A stretch of 64,000 nt of DNA from Dehalococcoidia bacterium (GCA_964291495.2 OZ219871.1:1504001-1568000); one strand, 5' to 3'. Numbered from the stretch's first letter, positions 37,372 to 47,906 are shown. Translations and numbers: made by a program. The notes: generated by a model from the letters alone, not told the origin.

Positions 37372-39200
37372 GCGCCAACGCCGCCTACCGCTGCCTCGGC
37401 GCGCTCGCTCGGCAGCTTGGCGCCAGCGGCGTGCGCCACGCCGTGATCGCCCCCGGCTCGCGCTCCACGCCGCTCGCGCTTGCGCTCGAACGGACCGAAG
37501 AACTTCGCAGTTGGGTGCACCTCGACGAGCGGGCCGCCGGCTACTTCGCGCTCGGCCTCGCCCGGCAACTGCGTGAGCCCGTCGCGATCGTGACCACCTC
37601 CGGCACCGCCGCCGCGAACCTGCACCCGGCGATCGCCGAGGCGTCGCTCTCGCGCGTGCCGCTGATCGCGCTCACCGCCGACCGGCCGCCCGAGCTGCGC
37701 GACAGCGGCGCGAACCAGACGATCGAGCAGCACGGCCTCTACGGCCGCCACGTGCGCTGGTTCGCCGAGCTGCCGGTCCCCGACGGCTCGCCCGGCCTCG
37801 AGGCCCACGCGCAGCGCAGCGCGGCCCGTGCCGTCGCCGTTGCCGCAGGCCCGCCGGCCGGTCCGGTGCACCTCAACATCCCGCTGCGCGAGCCGCTGAT
37901 CGAGCCCGGCTGGGAGGACGCCCTCGAGGCCTCGGGCGCTCCGCCGGTCGCGGTTTCCCGCCCGCCGGCGCGTGACGCCAGCGAGGCGGCGGCGATGCTG
38001 CTGGAGGCTGCCGACGGGCGCGACGGGCTGATCTTCTGCGGGCCCGCCAACGGCGACCTGCCCGCGCGCGCGATCGCGAGGCTGGCCGAGGCGCTGGGCT
38101 GGCCCATCCTCGCGGACCCGCTCTCCGGGCTGCGCGCCGGCGCGCACCCGCTGACCCACGTGGTCGAGGCCTACGACGCGCTGCTGCGGTCGCCGCGCTT
38201 CGCCTCCGATCCGGGCACGCGGCCCGAGGTCGTGCTGCGCTTCGGTGCGGCCCCGACGACCCGGCCGCTTCTCGAGTACCTGGCGAACCTCGAGGGCGTC
38301 CCGCAACTGGCCGTCGACGCACCCGGAGGCTGGCGCGATCCGGACGCGACCGTCACTTCGATGCTCTGGGCGGACCCCGCCGCGCTCTACGAGGCGGCCG
38401 TCGCGGCGCTGTCCGCGCGCCGCCCGAGCGCCTTCCGCGGTACCCCCGACGACCCCGCGCGCACCGCCGCCCGTGCGGCGCCGGACCGCGCCTTCCTCGA
38501 GCGCTGGACGAGCGCCAATGCCGCCGCCCGCCGCGCCCTCGCCGAGGCGATCGCCGCGCTCGACGAGCCGTTCGAGGGCATGCCGCCCGCCCTGCTCGCC
38601 TCGGCCCTCCCGGACGGCGCAACGCTCGTCGCCGGGAACTCGATGCCGGTCCGCGACCTCGACTCGTTCTTCCCCGCCACCTCGCGCCGCATCCGCATCG
38701 TCGGCACGCGCGGGGCCTCGGGCATCGACGGCGTGGTCTCGACGGCGGTCGGGGCCGTCGCGGCGGGCGAGGGACCGGTCGCGGTGCTGGTCGGCGATCT
38801 CTCGTTCCTGCACGACCTCAACGGGCTCTGGCCGCTGCGGCGCCATGGCCTCTCGCTGCTCGTCGTCCTCGTCAACAACGACGGCGGTGGCATCTTCCAC
38901 TTCCTGCCGCAGCGCGAGCAGGCGGCCGCGCAGTTCGAGGACTGGTTCGGGACGCCGCACGGCCTCGACTTCGAGGGCGTGATCCGCACCTTTGGCGGCC
39001 GCCTGCTGCGACCCGACCTCGCCGAGTGGCGCGAGGCGATCGAGGGCGCCCTCGGCGCACCCGGTCTGACCGTGCTCGAGCTGCGGACCGAGCGCGATCG
39101 CAACGTCGAGCTGCATCGCGAGGTCTGGGCGCGCGCCGCCGCCGCGCTGCGCGAGCTGGACCTCGACGCCGCGCCAGCCGCATCCGCGCCCGCGCGCTGA
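37368..39200 (+). CDS. menD: SEPHCHC synthase
   Basis: PGSRSTPL, DERAAG, TSGTAAAN, TADRP, GNSMPVRD, RGASGIDG, GDLSFLHD, NNDGGGIF. Confidence 0.97.
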   Translation: MSANAAYRCLGALARQLGASGVRHAVIAPGSRSTPLALALERTEELRSWVHLDERAAGYFALGLARQLREPVAIVTTSGTAAANLHPAIAEASLSRVPLIALTADRPPELRDSGANQTIEQHGLYGRHVRWFAELPVPDGSPGLEAHAQRSAARAVAVAAGPPAGPVHLNIPLREPLIEPGWEDALEASGAPPVAVSRPPARDASEAAAMLLEAADGRDGLIFCGPANGDLPARAIARLAEALGWPILADPLSGLRAGAHPLTHVVEAYDALLRSPRFASDPGTRPEVVLRFGAAPTTRPLLEYLANLEGVPQLAVDAPGGWRDPDATVTSMLWADPAALYEAAVAALSARRPSAFRGTPDDPARTAARAAPDRAFLERWTSANAAARRALAEAIAALDEPFEGMPPALLASALPDGATLVAGNSMPVRDLDSFFPATSRRIRIVGTRGASGIDGVVSTAVGAVAAGEGPVAVLVGDLSFLHDLNGLWPLRRHGLSLLVVLVNNDGGGIFHFLPQREQAAAQFEDWFGTPHGLDFEGVIRTFGGRLLRPDLAEWREAIEGALGAPGLTVLELRTERDRNVELHREVWARAAAALRELDLDAAPAASAPAR

Positions 39201-40036
39201 TGGGCGGCGCGACGGCCGTCGAGATTGACGGCCTCTCGCTGCACGTCACCATCGAGGGCGACGGCCCGCCGCTCGTGCTGCTGCACGGCTTCACCGGCTC
39301 CGCCGACACCTGGCGCGACCTCACGGATCGCCTCGCCGGGGAGTACCGCACGATTGCCCCGGACCTCGTGGGTCACGCCCGCTCCGAGGCGCCCGCGGCG
39401 GTCGAACGCTATGCGATCCGGCGCGCCGCTGCGGACCTCGTCGCGCTACTGCGCGCGCTCGGCCACGAGCGCGCCGCCTGGCTTGGCTACTCGCTCGGCG
39501 GGCGGGTCGCGTTGCAGGTCGCCGCGGACCACCCGCAGGCCGTGGCCGCGCTGCTGCTCGAGGGCGCCTCGCCCGGCATCGCCGACGATGGCGAGCGCGA
39601 GGCGCGACGCGCCTCGGACGATGCGCTCGTCGATCGCATCGAGCGCGACGGCGTCGAGGCATTCGTCGACGAGTGGGAGCAGCTTCCGCTCTTCGCCTCG
39701 CAGCGCGACATGTCCGAGGAGGCTCGTGCCGCCGTGCGCGCCACGCGGCTCGCTCAGCGCGCGCACGGCCTCGCGAACTCGCTGCGCGGCATGGGCGCCG
39801 GGGCGCAGGCGCCGCTGCACGAGCGGCTGCCCTCGATCGCTGCGCCGGCGCTGCTGATGGCCGGTTCACTCGACGAGAAGTACGTGGCGATCGCCGGGGA
39901 TATGGCGCGCACGCTGCCGGACGCTACGATTGGCGTGATCGAGGGCGCCGGCCACGCCGCGCACCTCGAACGGCCCGAGGCGTTCGCGCAGGCGGTCGAG
40001 GACCTCCTGCGTCGCGCCTACCCTCCCACGGGTTGA
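39200..40036 (+). CDS. menH: SHCHC synthase
   Basis: [27 protein letters not shown]; men operon. Confidence 0.92.
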   Translation: MGGATAVEIDGLSLHVTIEGDGPPLVLLHGFTGSADTWRDLTDRLAGEYRTIAPDLVGHARSEAPAAVERYAIRRAAADLVALLRALGHERAAWLGYSLGGRVALQVAADHPQAVAALLLEGASPGIADDGEREARRASDDALVDRIERDGVEAFVDEWEQLPLFASQRDMSEEARAAVRATRLAQRAHGLANSLRGMGAGAQAPLHERLPSIAAPALLMAGSLDEKYVAIAGDMARTLPDATIGVIEGAGHAAHLERPEAFAQAVEDLLRRAYPPTG

Positions 40037-40061
40037 TGGGAATGAATCGCAGGGGGAAGCG

Positions 40062-40904
40062 ATGAGCGAAGCAGACGGCGCGACCGCTGTGGTCGAATGG
40101 CAGCAGGCCGGCGACTACACCGACATCCTGTACGAGACCTCGGGCGGCATCGCCAGGATCACGATCAACCGCCCGGAGGTGCACAACGCCTTCCGGCCGC
40201 AGACCGTCGACGAGATGCTCGATGCGTTCATGGAGGCGCACCACGACGCGGCGATCGGCGTGGTCCTCTTCACCGGCGCGGGCACGCGCGCCTTCTGCTC
40301 CGGCGGCGACCAGCGCGTGCGCGGCGAGGGCGGCTACGTCGGCGACGACGGCGTGCCGCGCCTCAACGTGCTGCCCTTGCAGCGCTACATCCGCTCGATG
40401 CCGAAGCCGGTGATCGCTCTCGTCAACGGCTACGCGATCGGCGGCGGCCACGTGCTGCACGTGATCTGCGACCTCTCGATCGCCTCGGAGACCGCGATCT
40501 TCGGCCAGACCGGCCCGCGCGTCGGCTCCTTCGACGCCGGTCTCGGCGCGACGCAGCTGGCGCGCATCGTCGGGCACAAGAAGGCGCGCGAGATCTGGTT
40601 CCTCTGCCGCCAGTACAGCGCGCAGCAGGCGCTGGAGATGGGCCTCGTCAACGAGGTCGTCCCGCCCGAGGAGCTCGAGGCCGAGGGCGTGCGCTGGGCG
40701 AACGAGATCCTCGAGCTGAGTCCCACGGCGCTGCGCTTCCTCAAGATGTCCTTCCTCGCCGACACGGACGGGCTGGCCGGCATCCAGCAGCTCGCCGGGG
40801 ATGCGACCTCGCTGTTCTACATGTCGGACGAGGGCAAGGAGGGCAAGAACGCCTTCCTCGAGAAGCGCCAGCCGGACTTCTCGAAGTACCCGCGCCTTCC
40901 CTGA
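40062..40904 (+). CDS. menB: 1,4-dihydroxy-2-naphthoyl-CoA synthase
   Basis: [45 protein letters not shown]. Confidence 0.98.
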   Translation: MSEADGATAVVEWQQAGDYTDILYETSGGIARITINRPEVHNAFRPQTVDEMLDAFMEAHHDAAIGVVLFTGAGTRAFCSGGDQRVRGEGGYVGDDGVPRLNVLPLQRYIRSMPKPVIALVNGYAIGGGHVLHVICDLSIASETAIFGQTGPRVGSFDAGLGATQLARIVGHKKAREIWFLCRQYSAQQALEMGLVNEVVPPEELEAEGVRWANEILELSPTALRFLKMSFLADTDGLAGIQQLAGDATSLFYMSDEGKEGKNAFLEKRQPDFSKYPRLP

Positions 40905-40920
40905 GCGGCGAAGCCCCGGC

Positions 40921-41838
40921 GTGAGCAGCGAGGCGGCGCGCGTGACGCCACCGGACGGCAGCCCCTCCGGCCTCAAGGTCTGGGTGCTGGCCGCGCGTCT
41001 GCCGACGCTGACAGCCGCCGTCGCGCCCGTCGCCGTCGGCACGGGCGTGGCCGTGCACGACGACGTCTTCGCCTTCGTGCCCGCGCTCGCCGCGCTGATC
41101 GGCGCGCTTGCGATCCAGGTCGGTGCGAACCTCGCGAACGACGTCTCCGACTTCCGCCGGGGCGCGGACACGGCCGAGCGGATCGGCCCGCCGCGCGTCA
41201 CGCAGCTCGGGCTGCTCAGCGAGCGCCAGGTGCTGCTGGGAATGTGGGGCGCGTTTGCGATCGCGACGCTGGCCGGCGTCTACCTCACCGCCGTCGCGGG
41301 CTGGCCCGTGGTCGCCGCCGGGGTCGCCTCGATCCTCGCGGCGATCGCCTACACGGGCGGGCCCTGGCCGTTCGGCTATCGCGGGCTCGGCGAGGTGTTC
41401 ACCTTCGTCTTCTTCGGCCTCGTCGCCGTCGCCGGCACGTACTACGTGCAGGCGGAAACGCTCAGCCTCGAGGTGCTGGCGGCCGCCGTGCCCGTGGGCC
41501 TCACGGTCTCCGCGATCCTGATCGTGAACAACATCCGCGACATCGAGACGGACGCCGCCGCGGGCAAGCGCACGCTGGCCGTGATGCTCGGAAGGCGGCT
41601 CTCGCGCTGGCAGTTCGGCGCGACACTGGCGCTGGCCTGGCTGACGGCGGTCGCGCTCTGGCCGGTCGGTTTCGGCCCGCAGGCGCTGCTCGCGCTGCTC
41701 GCGCTGCCGCTCGCGATCGGCCCGCTGCGCGCGGTCCTGACCAGCGAGGACGGCCCGACGCTCAACGCCGCGCTGCGCGCCACGGCGCGGCTGCACCTCG
41801 CCCTCGGCCTGCTCATCGCCGTCGGCGCGGCGGTGTAG
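40921..41838 (+). CDS. menA: 1,4-dihydroxy-2-naphthoate polyprenyltransferase
   Basis: NLANDVSDFRRGAD, AYTGGPWP.GY.GLGE, NNIRDIETD..GKRTLAV. Confidence 0.96.
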   Translation: MSSEAARVTPPDGSPSGLKVWVLAARLPTLTAAVAPVAVGTGVAVHDDVFAFVPALAALIGALAIQVGANLANDVSDFRRGADTAERIGPPRVTQLGLLSERQVLLGMWGAFAIATLAGVYLTAVAGWPVVAAGVASILAAIAYTGGPWPFGYRGLGEVFTFVFFGLVAVAGTYYVQAETLSLEVLAAAVPVGLTVSAILIVNNIRDIETDAAAGKRTLAVMLGRRLSRWQFGATLALAWLTAVALWPVGFGPQALLALLALPLAIGPLRAVLTSEDGPTLNAALRATARLHLALGLLIAVGAAV

Positions 41839-41847
41839 GGACGCAAC

Positions 41848-42987
41848 GTGACATCTGAGAGCAGCGGTCCCCGCGCCCAGGTACCGATCGCCGGCATCCG
41901 CTGGCGGCCCTTCCGCCTTCCCGTGCGCGCGCCGATCGCCACCGCCGCCGGCGTGATCGAGGCGCGCGAGGGCATCGTCGTCGAGCTGCGGGACCCCGAG
42001 GACCGGCGCGGCTTCGGCGAGGCCTCGCCGCTCCCCTGGGACGGCGACGGCGGGCTGGACGAGGTGCTGCGGGTGCTCGACGAGTGGGCGCCGCGCCTGC
42101 TTGCGGGCGAACTGGCCCCGGCGCAGCCGCGCTCGCCGGCCGCCGCCGCGCTGCGCTGCGCCCTCGATTGCGCGCGGCTCGACCTCAACGGCCGCCGCCG
42201 TGGCCGGGGCATCTCCGCGCTCCTCGGCGGCGCGACCCGCGAGGTGAGCGTGAACGCCGTCATCGGCGACGGCCCGCCCGACCAAGTGCGAGAGCAGGCC
42301 GCGGCCGCCGTCGCGGCGGGCTACGACACCCTCAAACTCAAGGTCGCCGCCGGTCCCATCGAGGAGGACCGCGTGCGCGTCGAGGCCGTGCGCGAGGCCG
42401 CGCCGTACGCGCGCCTGCGACTCGACGCGAACGGGGCCTGGGACGTCGAGACCGCGGCTGCGGCGATCCGGCGGCTCGAGCGCTTCGACCTCGAATACGT
42501 CGAGCAGCCGGTGGCCGCCGACGATCTGGACGGCCTCGCCCGGCTGCGCGCCGAGGGAGTCTGCCCGATCGCCGCCGACGAGTCGGCTGCCGATCGGGCG
42601 AGCGCGAAGCGCGTGCTCGACACGGGCGCCGCCGACGTGCTGGTGCTGAAGCCGATGCGCGTCGGTGGAATCCGGCGCGCCCTCAACCTCGCGCGCGACG
42701 CCTCGTGGGGGGGTGTCGGCTGCGTCGTCACGACCACATTCGACTCGAGCCTCGGCGTGGCCGCCGCGCTGCACCTCGCCGCGGCCGTCGACGCGCTCGA
42801 TGCGTGGGGCGGGTTCGCGCACGGGCTCGGCACCGCCGAGCACCTCGCCGCCGACATCGTCGCCAGGCCGCTCGTCCCGCGCGGCGGCGTGCTGCGCATG
42901 CCCCGGGCGCCCGGCCTCGGCCTCGAGCCGGACGGGGACGCCCTCGAGGCCGCCGCCACGGGCGACTGGGCCGCGCTCGAGGGCTGA
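41848..42987 (+). CDS. menC: o-succinylbenzoate synthase
   Basis: GEASPL, LKLKV, RLDANGAW, EQP, ADES, LKPMRVGG. Confidence 0.92.
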   Translation: MTSESSGPRAQVPIAGIRWRPFRLPVRAPIATAAGVIEAREGIVVELRDPEDRRGFGEASPLPWDGDGGLDEVLRVLDEWAPRLLAGELAPAQPRSPAAAALRCALDCARLDLNGRRRGRGISALLGGATREVSVNAVIGDGPPDQVREQAAAAVAAGYDTLKLKVAAGPIEEDRVRVEAVREAAPYARLRLDANGAWDVETAAAAIRRLERFDLEYVEQPVAADDLDGLARLRAEGVCPIAADESAADRASAKRVLDTGAADVLVLKPMRVGGIRRALNLARDASWGGVGCVVTTTFDSSLGVAAALHLAAAVDALDAWGGFAHGLGTAEHLAADIVARPLVPRGGVLRMPRAPGLGLEPDGDALEAAATGDWAALEG

Positions 42988-43080
42988 GGACGACCGCACG
43001 TTGACGCCTTCGCGGCCACACTCAAGAATGGCCGCGCCGCCCGGCCGGTCCGGGCACGGCTCGTGGCAGGACGGCAGGCG

Positions 43081-43512
43081 ATGAGCGACGAACCCCTCTT
43101 CGAGTACGACGAGAGCGTGATCGGCGTCGAGCGCAACGTGGGCACCCTCGAGGTCACCGCCGAGCGGCTGGCGCGCTACTGCGAGATCGTCGGCGAAACC
43201 AACCCGCGCTACGTGGAGGACGGGCAGGCGCCGCCGAGCTTCCTGCAGCGCATGCGCTTCGCACCCGGCCCGGACCCGCGCGTGCGCTTCGGCAACGTCA
43301 CCTTCCACGCCGGCTCGCGCCTCGAGCAGCTCGTGCCGGTGCGCGTCGGCGATGTGCTCACGGGCTACGCGCAGGCGAAGGAGGTCTACGCCAAGACCGG
43401 CCGCAGCGGCACGATGGTGTTCGCCGTGCGCCGCCTCACCTACCGCAACCAGCGCGGCGAGGACGTTGCCTACTCCGACCAGACCACGGTGCATCGGCAG
43501 GTCGGCGAATGA
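43081..43512 (+). CDS. MaoC dehydratase N-terminal (FAS1-like) domain protein
   Basis: GETNPRY, APPSF, FHAG, KTGRSGTMVF, Y.NQRGE. Confidence 0.85.
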   Translation: MSDEPLFEYDESVIGVERNVGTLEVTAERLARYCEIVGETNPRYVEDGQAPPSFLQRMRFAPGPDPRVRFGNVTFHAGSRLEQLVPVRVGDVLTGYAQAKEVYAKTGRSGTMVFAVRRLTYRNQRGEDVAYSDQTTVHRQVGE

Positions 43513-43955
43513 GCCAGCCATACTTCGACGACATCGACGTCGGCGACGAGATCGAGGGCGCCTGGACCGCCCAGCGCGATCAGGTCCTAGAGTACATCGC
43601 GCTTGAGCCGGGCGGCCCGGCCGACGACACGCAGGGCCGCTTCACCGACCCCGTGCGCGCGAAGAAGCTCGGCTTCGAGCGCCCGATCGTTCCGGGGGCG
43701 CTGAGCATGTCCGTGCTCACCCGCCTGGTGACCGACTGGATGGGCCCCGACGGCGACCTCGAGTCGATCGACATCAACTTCCGCCGCCCCGTGCTGCAGG
43801 AGGACGAGCTGCGCACGCTGGGCCTGGTGATCGACACCGAGCCGGACGAGGACGGCGGGCGCGTGCGCATCGACGTCTATTTCGAGAACAACCGCGGCGA
43901 GCGTCCGCTGCAGGGCGTCGCCGTCGTCAGGCTGCCCTCGCGAGAGGGCTCGTAG
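43509..43955 (+). CDS. MaoC family dehydratase
   Basis: YFDDIDVGDE, GFERPIVPG, LTRLVTDWMG, FRRPV; ATGA overlap. Confidence 0.8.
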   Translation: MSQPYFDDIDVGDEIEGAWTAQRDQVLEYIALEPGGPADDTQGRFTDPVRAKKLGFERPIVPGALSMSVLTRLVTDWMGPDGDLESIDINFRRPVLQEDELRTLGLVIDTEPDEDGGRVRIDVYFENNRGERPLQGVAVVRLPSREGS

Positions 43956-43983
43956 CCGGGCGGCCGGCGGGAGCGAGGGCCGC

Positions 43984-44409
43984 ATGGACCTGCTGACGGA
44001 CCCCTTCGGCGACTGTGGAGCGGCCATGGTGCCGCTGCGGCTGGCGGCGGGCGTGGTCTTCGTGCACGCCGGGTATGGCAAGTTCCAGCGCGGCATCAGC
44101 GGGTTCGGCTCGTGGCTGAGCGAGCTCGGCTATCCGCTGGGACAGCCGACGGCGCGGCTGGTCGCGAGCCTCGAGGTCGTCGGCGGCCTCGCGCTGATCC
44201 TCGGGCTGTTCTCGCACTGGGTCGCGATCCCGCTGGCGCTGATGATGGTGGTGGCGACGTACACGAACGCGGTGAAGCTGGGCCTGCCGTTCGCCGGTAA
44301 CGAGAACGCGCAGGGCTACGAGCTCGACCTCTTGCTGATCGCCATCCTCGTCGCGCTCATCCTCGGCGGCTCCGGCCCGCTCTCCCTGGACTCGCTGATC
44401 TCCGGGTAG
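43984..44409 (+). CDS. DoxX family membrane protein
   Basis: LRLAAGVVFVHAGYGK, EVVGG.ALILGL, GYELDL, GSGPLSLD. Confidence 0.92.
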   Translation: MDLLTDPFGDCGAAMVPLRLAAGVVFVHAGYGKFQRGISGFGSWLSELGYPLGQPTARLVASLEVVGGLALILGLFSHWVAIPLALMMVVATYTNAVKLGLPFAGNENAQGYELDLLLIAILVALILGGSGPLSLDSLISG

Positions 44410-44462
44410 GCGGCGCGAGGCTCGGCTGACCAAACCGCCTCGGGCCCGCGTACTATCGGGCC

Positions 44463-45578
44463 ATGCACCGCCTGCATCCCGGACGCATCGATGGCTGGAG
44501 CGTGCGGCGGCGGGTGAGGACCGTCGCGTGGCTGCTCGTGCTGCTGACGGTCGTTGCCGCGCTGCCCACCGCGCACTCCTACCTGCGCGCCACCGCCTTC
44601 ACCGCCGACGTCGTGCTGCAGCTGCCCGTGCGGCCCCTCGCCTGGGCCACGCACGCGCCATCCGTCGAGTACGTCGAGTGGGGCGGCGAGCGTGCCGGAC
44701 GCGGACAGCTGACGCTCCCGGAGGGCGACAACGAGCGGCCCGCGATCATCCTCGTGCTCGGCGCCGACCCCGCCCCGGCCGACGACGAGCGCGTGCTGAG
44801 CCTCACCGGCGGCCTCGCCCGCATCGGCTTCGTCGTGCTGCTCACCGAGTCCGACGACCTCAATGCAGCCGTGGTGCTGCCGAGCGAGATCCCGAGGCTG
44901 GTCGGCGCGTTCGAGACGCTCGCCGCGCATCCGCGCGTGAACGAGGAGGAGATCGGCTACGTCGCGCTCTCGGCGGGCGGTTCGCTCGCGATCGTCGCCG
45001 CCTCGCAGCCGCGGATCGCCGATCGCGTCGCCTACGTCGTCGCACTCGGGCCCTACTACGACGCCGAGACGCTGGCCGCCTCCGTTACCTCGTACAGCTT
45101 CCGCGGCCCCGAGGGCGTCGAGGAGTGGGAGCCCGCGGGCATCGCGCGCCGCGTCGTGCGCAACACGCTGCTCGCCGGGCTGCCCGAGGCCGAGCGCGCC
45201 GCGATCGAGGCGGGCGAGGCGGCGCAGAGCGCGGGCGGGGCGGCGGTTGCGGAGCTGCTGCAGCTCCCGACCCTCGATCGGGCCGGGGAGCTGATCGCCT
45301 CACTACCCGCGGCTCAGCGCGCGCACCTCGAGGCGGTGAGCCCGCGCTACAGCATCGACGGGCTGCGCGCCCCGCTCTACCTGCTGCACGACCGCAGCGA
45401 CGAGTTCATCCCCTGGACCGAGTCCGAGGAGATGGCCGAGGCGCATGAGCCGGCCATTTACCACCGGCTCGACCTCTTCCAGCACGTCGAGCCGGACCCC
45501 GGCAACGTCGAGCACATGCTGCGCGACGGCTGGCGCATCCTGCGGCTGGTGGTGGGCATCCTCGAGGACGCGCGCTAA
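44463..45578 (+). CDS. Membrane-anchored alpha/beta-hydrolase-fold hypothetical protein
   Basis: N-terminal TM, IGYVALSAGG elbow, LLHDRSDEFIP, FQHV. Confidence 0.7.
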   Translation: MHRLHPGRIDGWSVRRRVRTVAWLLVLLTVVAALPTAHSYLRATAFTADVVLQLPVRPLAWATHAPSVEYVEWGGERAGRGQLTLPEGDNERPAIILVLGADPAPADDERVLSLTGGLARIGFVVLLTESDDLNAAVVLPSEIPRLVGAFETLAAHPRVNEEEIGYVALSAGGSLAIVAASQPRIADRVAYVVALGPYYDAETLAASVTSYSFRGPEGVEEWEPAGIARRVVRNTLLAGLPEAERAAIEAGEAAQSAGGAAVAELLQLPTLDRAGELIASLPAAQRAHLEAVSPRYSIDGLRAPLYLLHDRSDEFIPWTESEEMAEAHEPAIYHRLDLFQHVEPDPGNVEHMLRDGWRILRLVVGILEDAR

Positions 45579-45616
45579 GCCGCGCCGCGCGGCCGACGGG
45601 CTGGTAGGGTCCGGGC

Positions 45617-45925
45617 ATGGACGAGGCGCCCGTGCTGCTGTTGACCTCCTGGCATCTGCCGCGGATGCGCTCGATGCCGCGCGCCTTCTGGAGGGTGCGC
45701 GCCCTCGACAGGCGCACGCGCTCGCAGCAGGGCTGCCTGCGCGTCCACCGCTGGGCCTCGCGCCGCTCGCTGCTGCTCACCACCTGGTGGCGCAGCCGCG
45801 CCGCAGCCGAGGCGTGGCTCGCCTCGCCGTCGTACCGCGAGACCGACGACCGGCTGCGGGCGATCCCCGGCGTCGAGGTGCGCGTCGATCTGCGCGAGTG
45901 CCCCGAGGGCTCGCCGAGCAGGTAG
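45617..45925 (+). CDS. Small hypothetical protein (possible dimeric alpha-beta barrel, ABM/DUF3291-like)
   Basis: QQGC...TTWWRSRAAAEAWLAS pattern; TAGGGT-N6-ATG upstream. Confidence 0.55.
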   Translation: MDEAPVLLLTSWHLPRMRSMPRAFWRVRALDRRTRSQQGCLRVHRWASRRSLLLTTWWRSRAAAEAWLASPSYRETDDRLRAIPGVEVRVDLRECPEGSPSR

Positions 45926-45937
45926 CTCCGGCGAGCG

Positions 45938-47308
45938 CTACCCGCCTCGCAGGTGCTCGCGCAACGCCTGCGCCTCGGCCTGCAACGCTGCGCTCACCGC
46001 CACCGGGTACGGCGCATCCGGCTCCTCCAGCCTGCGCAGGGAGGCGGGGAGCCGCTCGCGCTCGCGTACCGCCCGCTCCCGCGCCTCGGCGAGCGGGCGC
46101 ATGCCCGCCTCGAGGCGCTCGCCGTCGCGCATCACCGGCTCGAGCAGCGGCTCGCCCTCGAGGCGCTCGTCCGCGCGCGCGATCACGTCGCCGCTCGCGA
46201 GGCCGGCGGCGTCGCGCAGGCGGAAGACCTGCTTGCGGCCGGGCAGCGTCTCCTTCTCCGTCGAGAGCTTGATCCGCCCCCGCCCGTCGTAGGCCGCGAG
46301 CTTGTAGACGGCGTCGAAGGTGGGCGCGTCCGCCGAGGTCACCGCGCGCGTGCCCACGCCGAAGGCGTCGATCGGCGCGCCCGTCGCGACGAGCTCCGCG
46401 ATCCGCGCCTCGTCGAGGCCGCCGCTGGCGACGATCTCCACCTGCTGGAGCCCGGCCGCATCGAGGATCGCGCGCGCCTCGAACGCCAGCTCGGCGAGCG
46501 GCTCGGAGTCGAGCCGCACGGCGCGCACGCGGAAGGCGTCGCCCAGCTCCGAGGCGAGCCGCGCGACGCGACGCACGCCCTCGGCGGTGTCGTAGGTGTC
46601 GACGAGCAGGATGGTGTCGGGGTGGGTCGCGGTGAAGCTGCGGAAGGCCTCGGCCTCGTCGTCGTGGGCCTGCACGTAGCTGTGCGCCATGGTCCCGGTG
46701 GGCGGGATGCCGTAGCGGTCGGCGGCCAGCACGTTGGAGGTTGCGGCCATGCCCGCGATGTAGAGCGCGCGGGCCGCCTTCAGCGCCGCGTCCGTGCCGT
46801 GCGCGCGTCGCGTCCCGAAGTCCACTACCGGCCGTCCCGCCGCCGCATCGACGATGCGCGCGCCCTTCGAGGCGATCAGCGTCTGCAGGTGCAGCTGGTT
46901 GAGCAGGTACGTCTCGGCGAGTTGCGCCTCTGGCAGCGGCGCATCGACGGTCAGCAGCGGCTCGCCAGCGAAGGCGGGGGCGCCCTCGGGCATCGCGTAC
47001 ACGTCGCCCGTGAAGCGCAGCGCGGCGAGCCAGTCGAGGAAGCTCGCCGGGAAGCGTCCGCCGCGCTCCAGCGCGGCGAGCGCCTCCTCGCCGAAGCACA
47101 GGCCCTCGAGGTAGGCGAGCGCGTCGTCGAGGCCGCAGGCGAGCAGGTAGTTGCGGTTCGCGGGCAGCGTGCGCGCGTAGAGCTCGAACGTCGCGCGGGC
47201 GGTCAGCCCGTGCTCGGCGTAGGCCTGCAGCATCGTCAGCTGGTAGAGGTCGGTGAACAGCGCGCGACCCGGTTCATCGAGGCCGCCGCCGAGGGGCTGG
47301 GGAGTCAC
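45938..47308 (-). CDS. pncB: Nicotinate phosphoribosyltransferase
   Basis: TDLYQLTM, DFGTRRAHG, GTMAHS, LVDTYD, VRLDS, ASGGLDE, GVGT. Confidence 0.96.
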   Translation of the reverse strand: MTPQPLGGGLDEPGRALFTDLYQLTMLQAYAEHGLTARATFELYARTLPANRNYLLACGLDDALAYLEGLCFGEEALAALERGGRFPASFLDWLAALRFTGDVYAMPEGAPAFAGEPLLTVDAPLPEAQLAETYLLNQLHLQTLIASKGARIVDAAAGRPVVDFGTRRAHGTDAALKAARALYIAGMAATSNVLAADRYGIPPTGTMAHSYVQAHDDEAEAFRSFTATHPDTILLVDTYDTAEGVRRVARLASELGDAFRVRAVRLDSEPLAELAFEARAILDAAGLQQVEIVASGGLDEARIAELVATGAPIDAFGVGTRAVTSADAPTFDAVYKLAAYDGRGRIKLSTEKETLPGRKQVFRLRDAAGLASGDVIARADERLEGEPLLEPVMRDGERLEAGMRPLAEARERAVRERERLPASLRRLEEPDAPYPVAVSAALQAEAQALREHLRGG

Positions 47309-47315
47309 GCGCGGC

Positions 47316-47906
47316 TCACTCGATCGTCGCGCCCGCCTCGCGGATTGCCGCGAGCGCGCGCTCGCCGTCGCCGGGTTCGAGGTTCACGGCGCTGATCGCC
47401 TCCGCGATCACGGTCGTGGCGAAGCCGAGCCGGCAGGCGTCCAGCGCTGTCTCCTTGACGCAGTAGTCCGTCGCCAGCCCCGTGATCACGACGCGCTCGA
47501 CGCCGCGGTCGCGGAGCAGCGCCTCAAGCTCGGTCGCTTCCTGCTCCCCGCTCTGCGGGTCGCGCTGGCTGAAGGCGGAGTAGCCATCGCTGCCGTCGGC
47601 GCCCTTGCGCACGCGCGGCGCGCCCTCGGCGACCGCGAGGTCGGCGTGCAGCGCGGCGCCCCAGCTGCCGGCGACGCCGTGCACGGGCCAGGCGCCACCA
47701 TCCTGCGCGAAGTGCGGGGTGTGCTCCGGGTGCCAGTCCTGCGAGTAGGCGACGAGCGCGCCGCCCTCGAGGGCGCGGGCGATCTCCTCGTTGGTGCGCG
47801 CGATCGCGCCGGCCGCGCCGGCCACGTAGAGGCTGCCGTCGGGGTGGGCGAAGTCGTTCTGCACGTCGACCACCACCAGTGCCGTCCGCGCGTCGTAGTC
47901 CGCCAT
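47316..47906 (-). CDS. pncA: Nicotinamidase / pyrazinamidase
   Basis: VDVQNDF, QDWHP, WPVH, YSAF, GLATDYCV; adjacent to pncB. Confidence 0.93.
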   Translation of the reverse strand: MADYDARTALVVVDVQNDFAHPDGSLYVAGAAGAIARTNEEIARALEGGALVAYSQDWHPEHTPHFAQDGGAWPVHGVAGSWGAALHADLAVAEGAPRVRKGADGSDGYSAFSQRDPQSGEQEATELEALLRDRGVERVVITGLATDYCVKETALDACRLGFATTVIAEAISAVNLEPGDGERALAAIREAGATIE

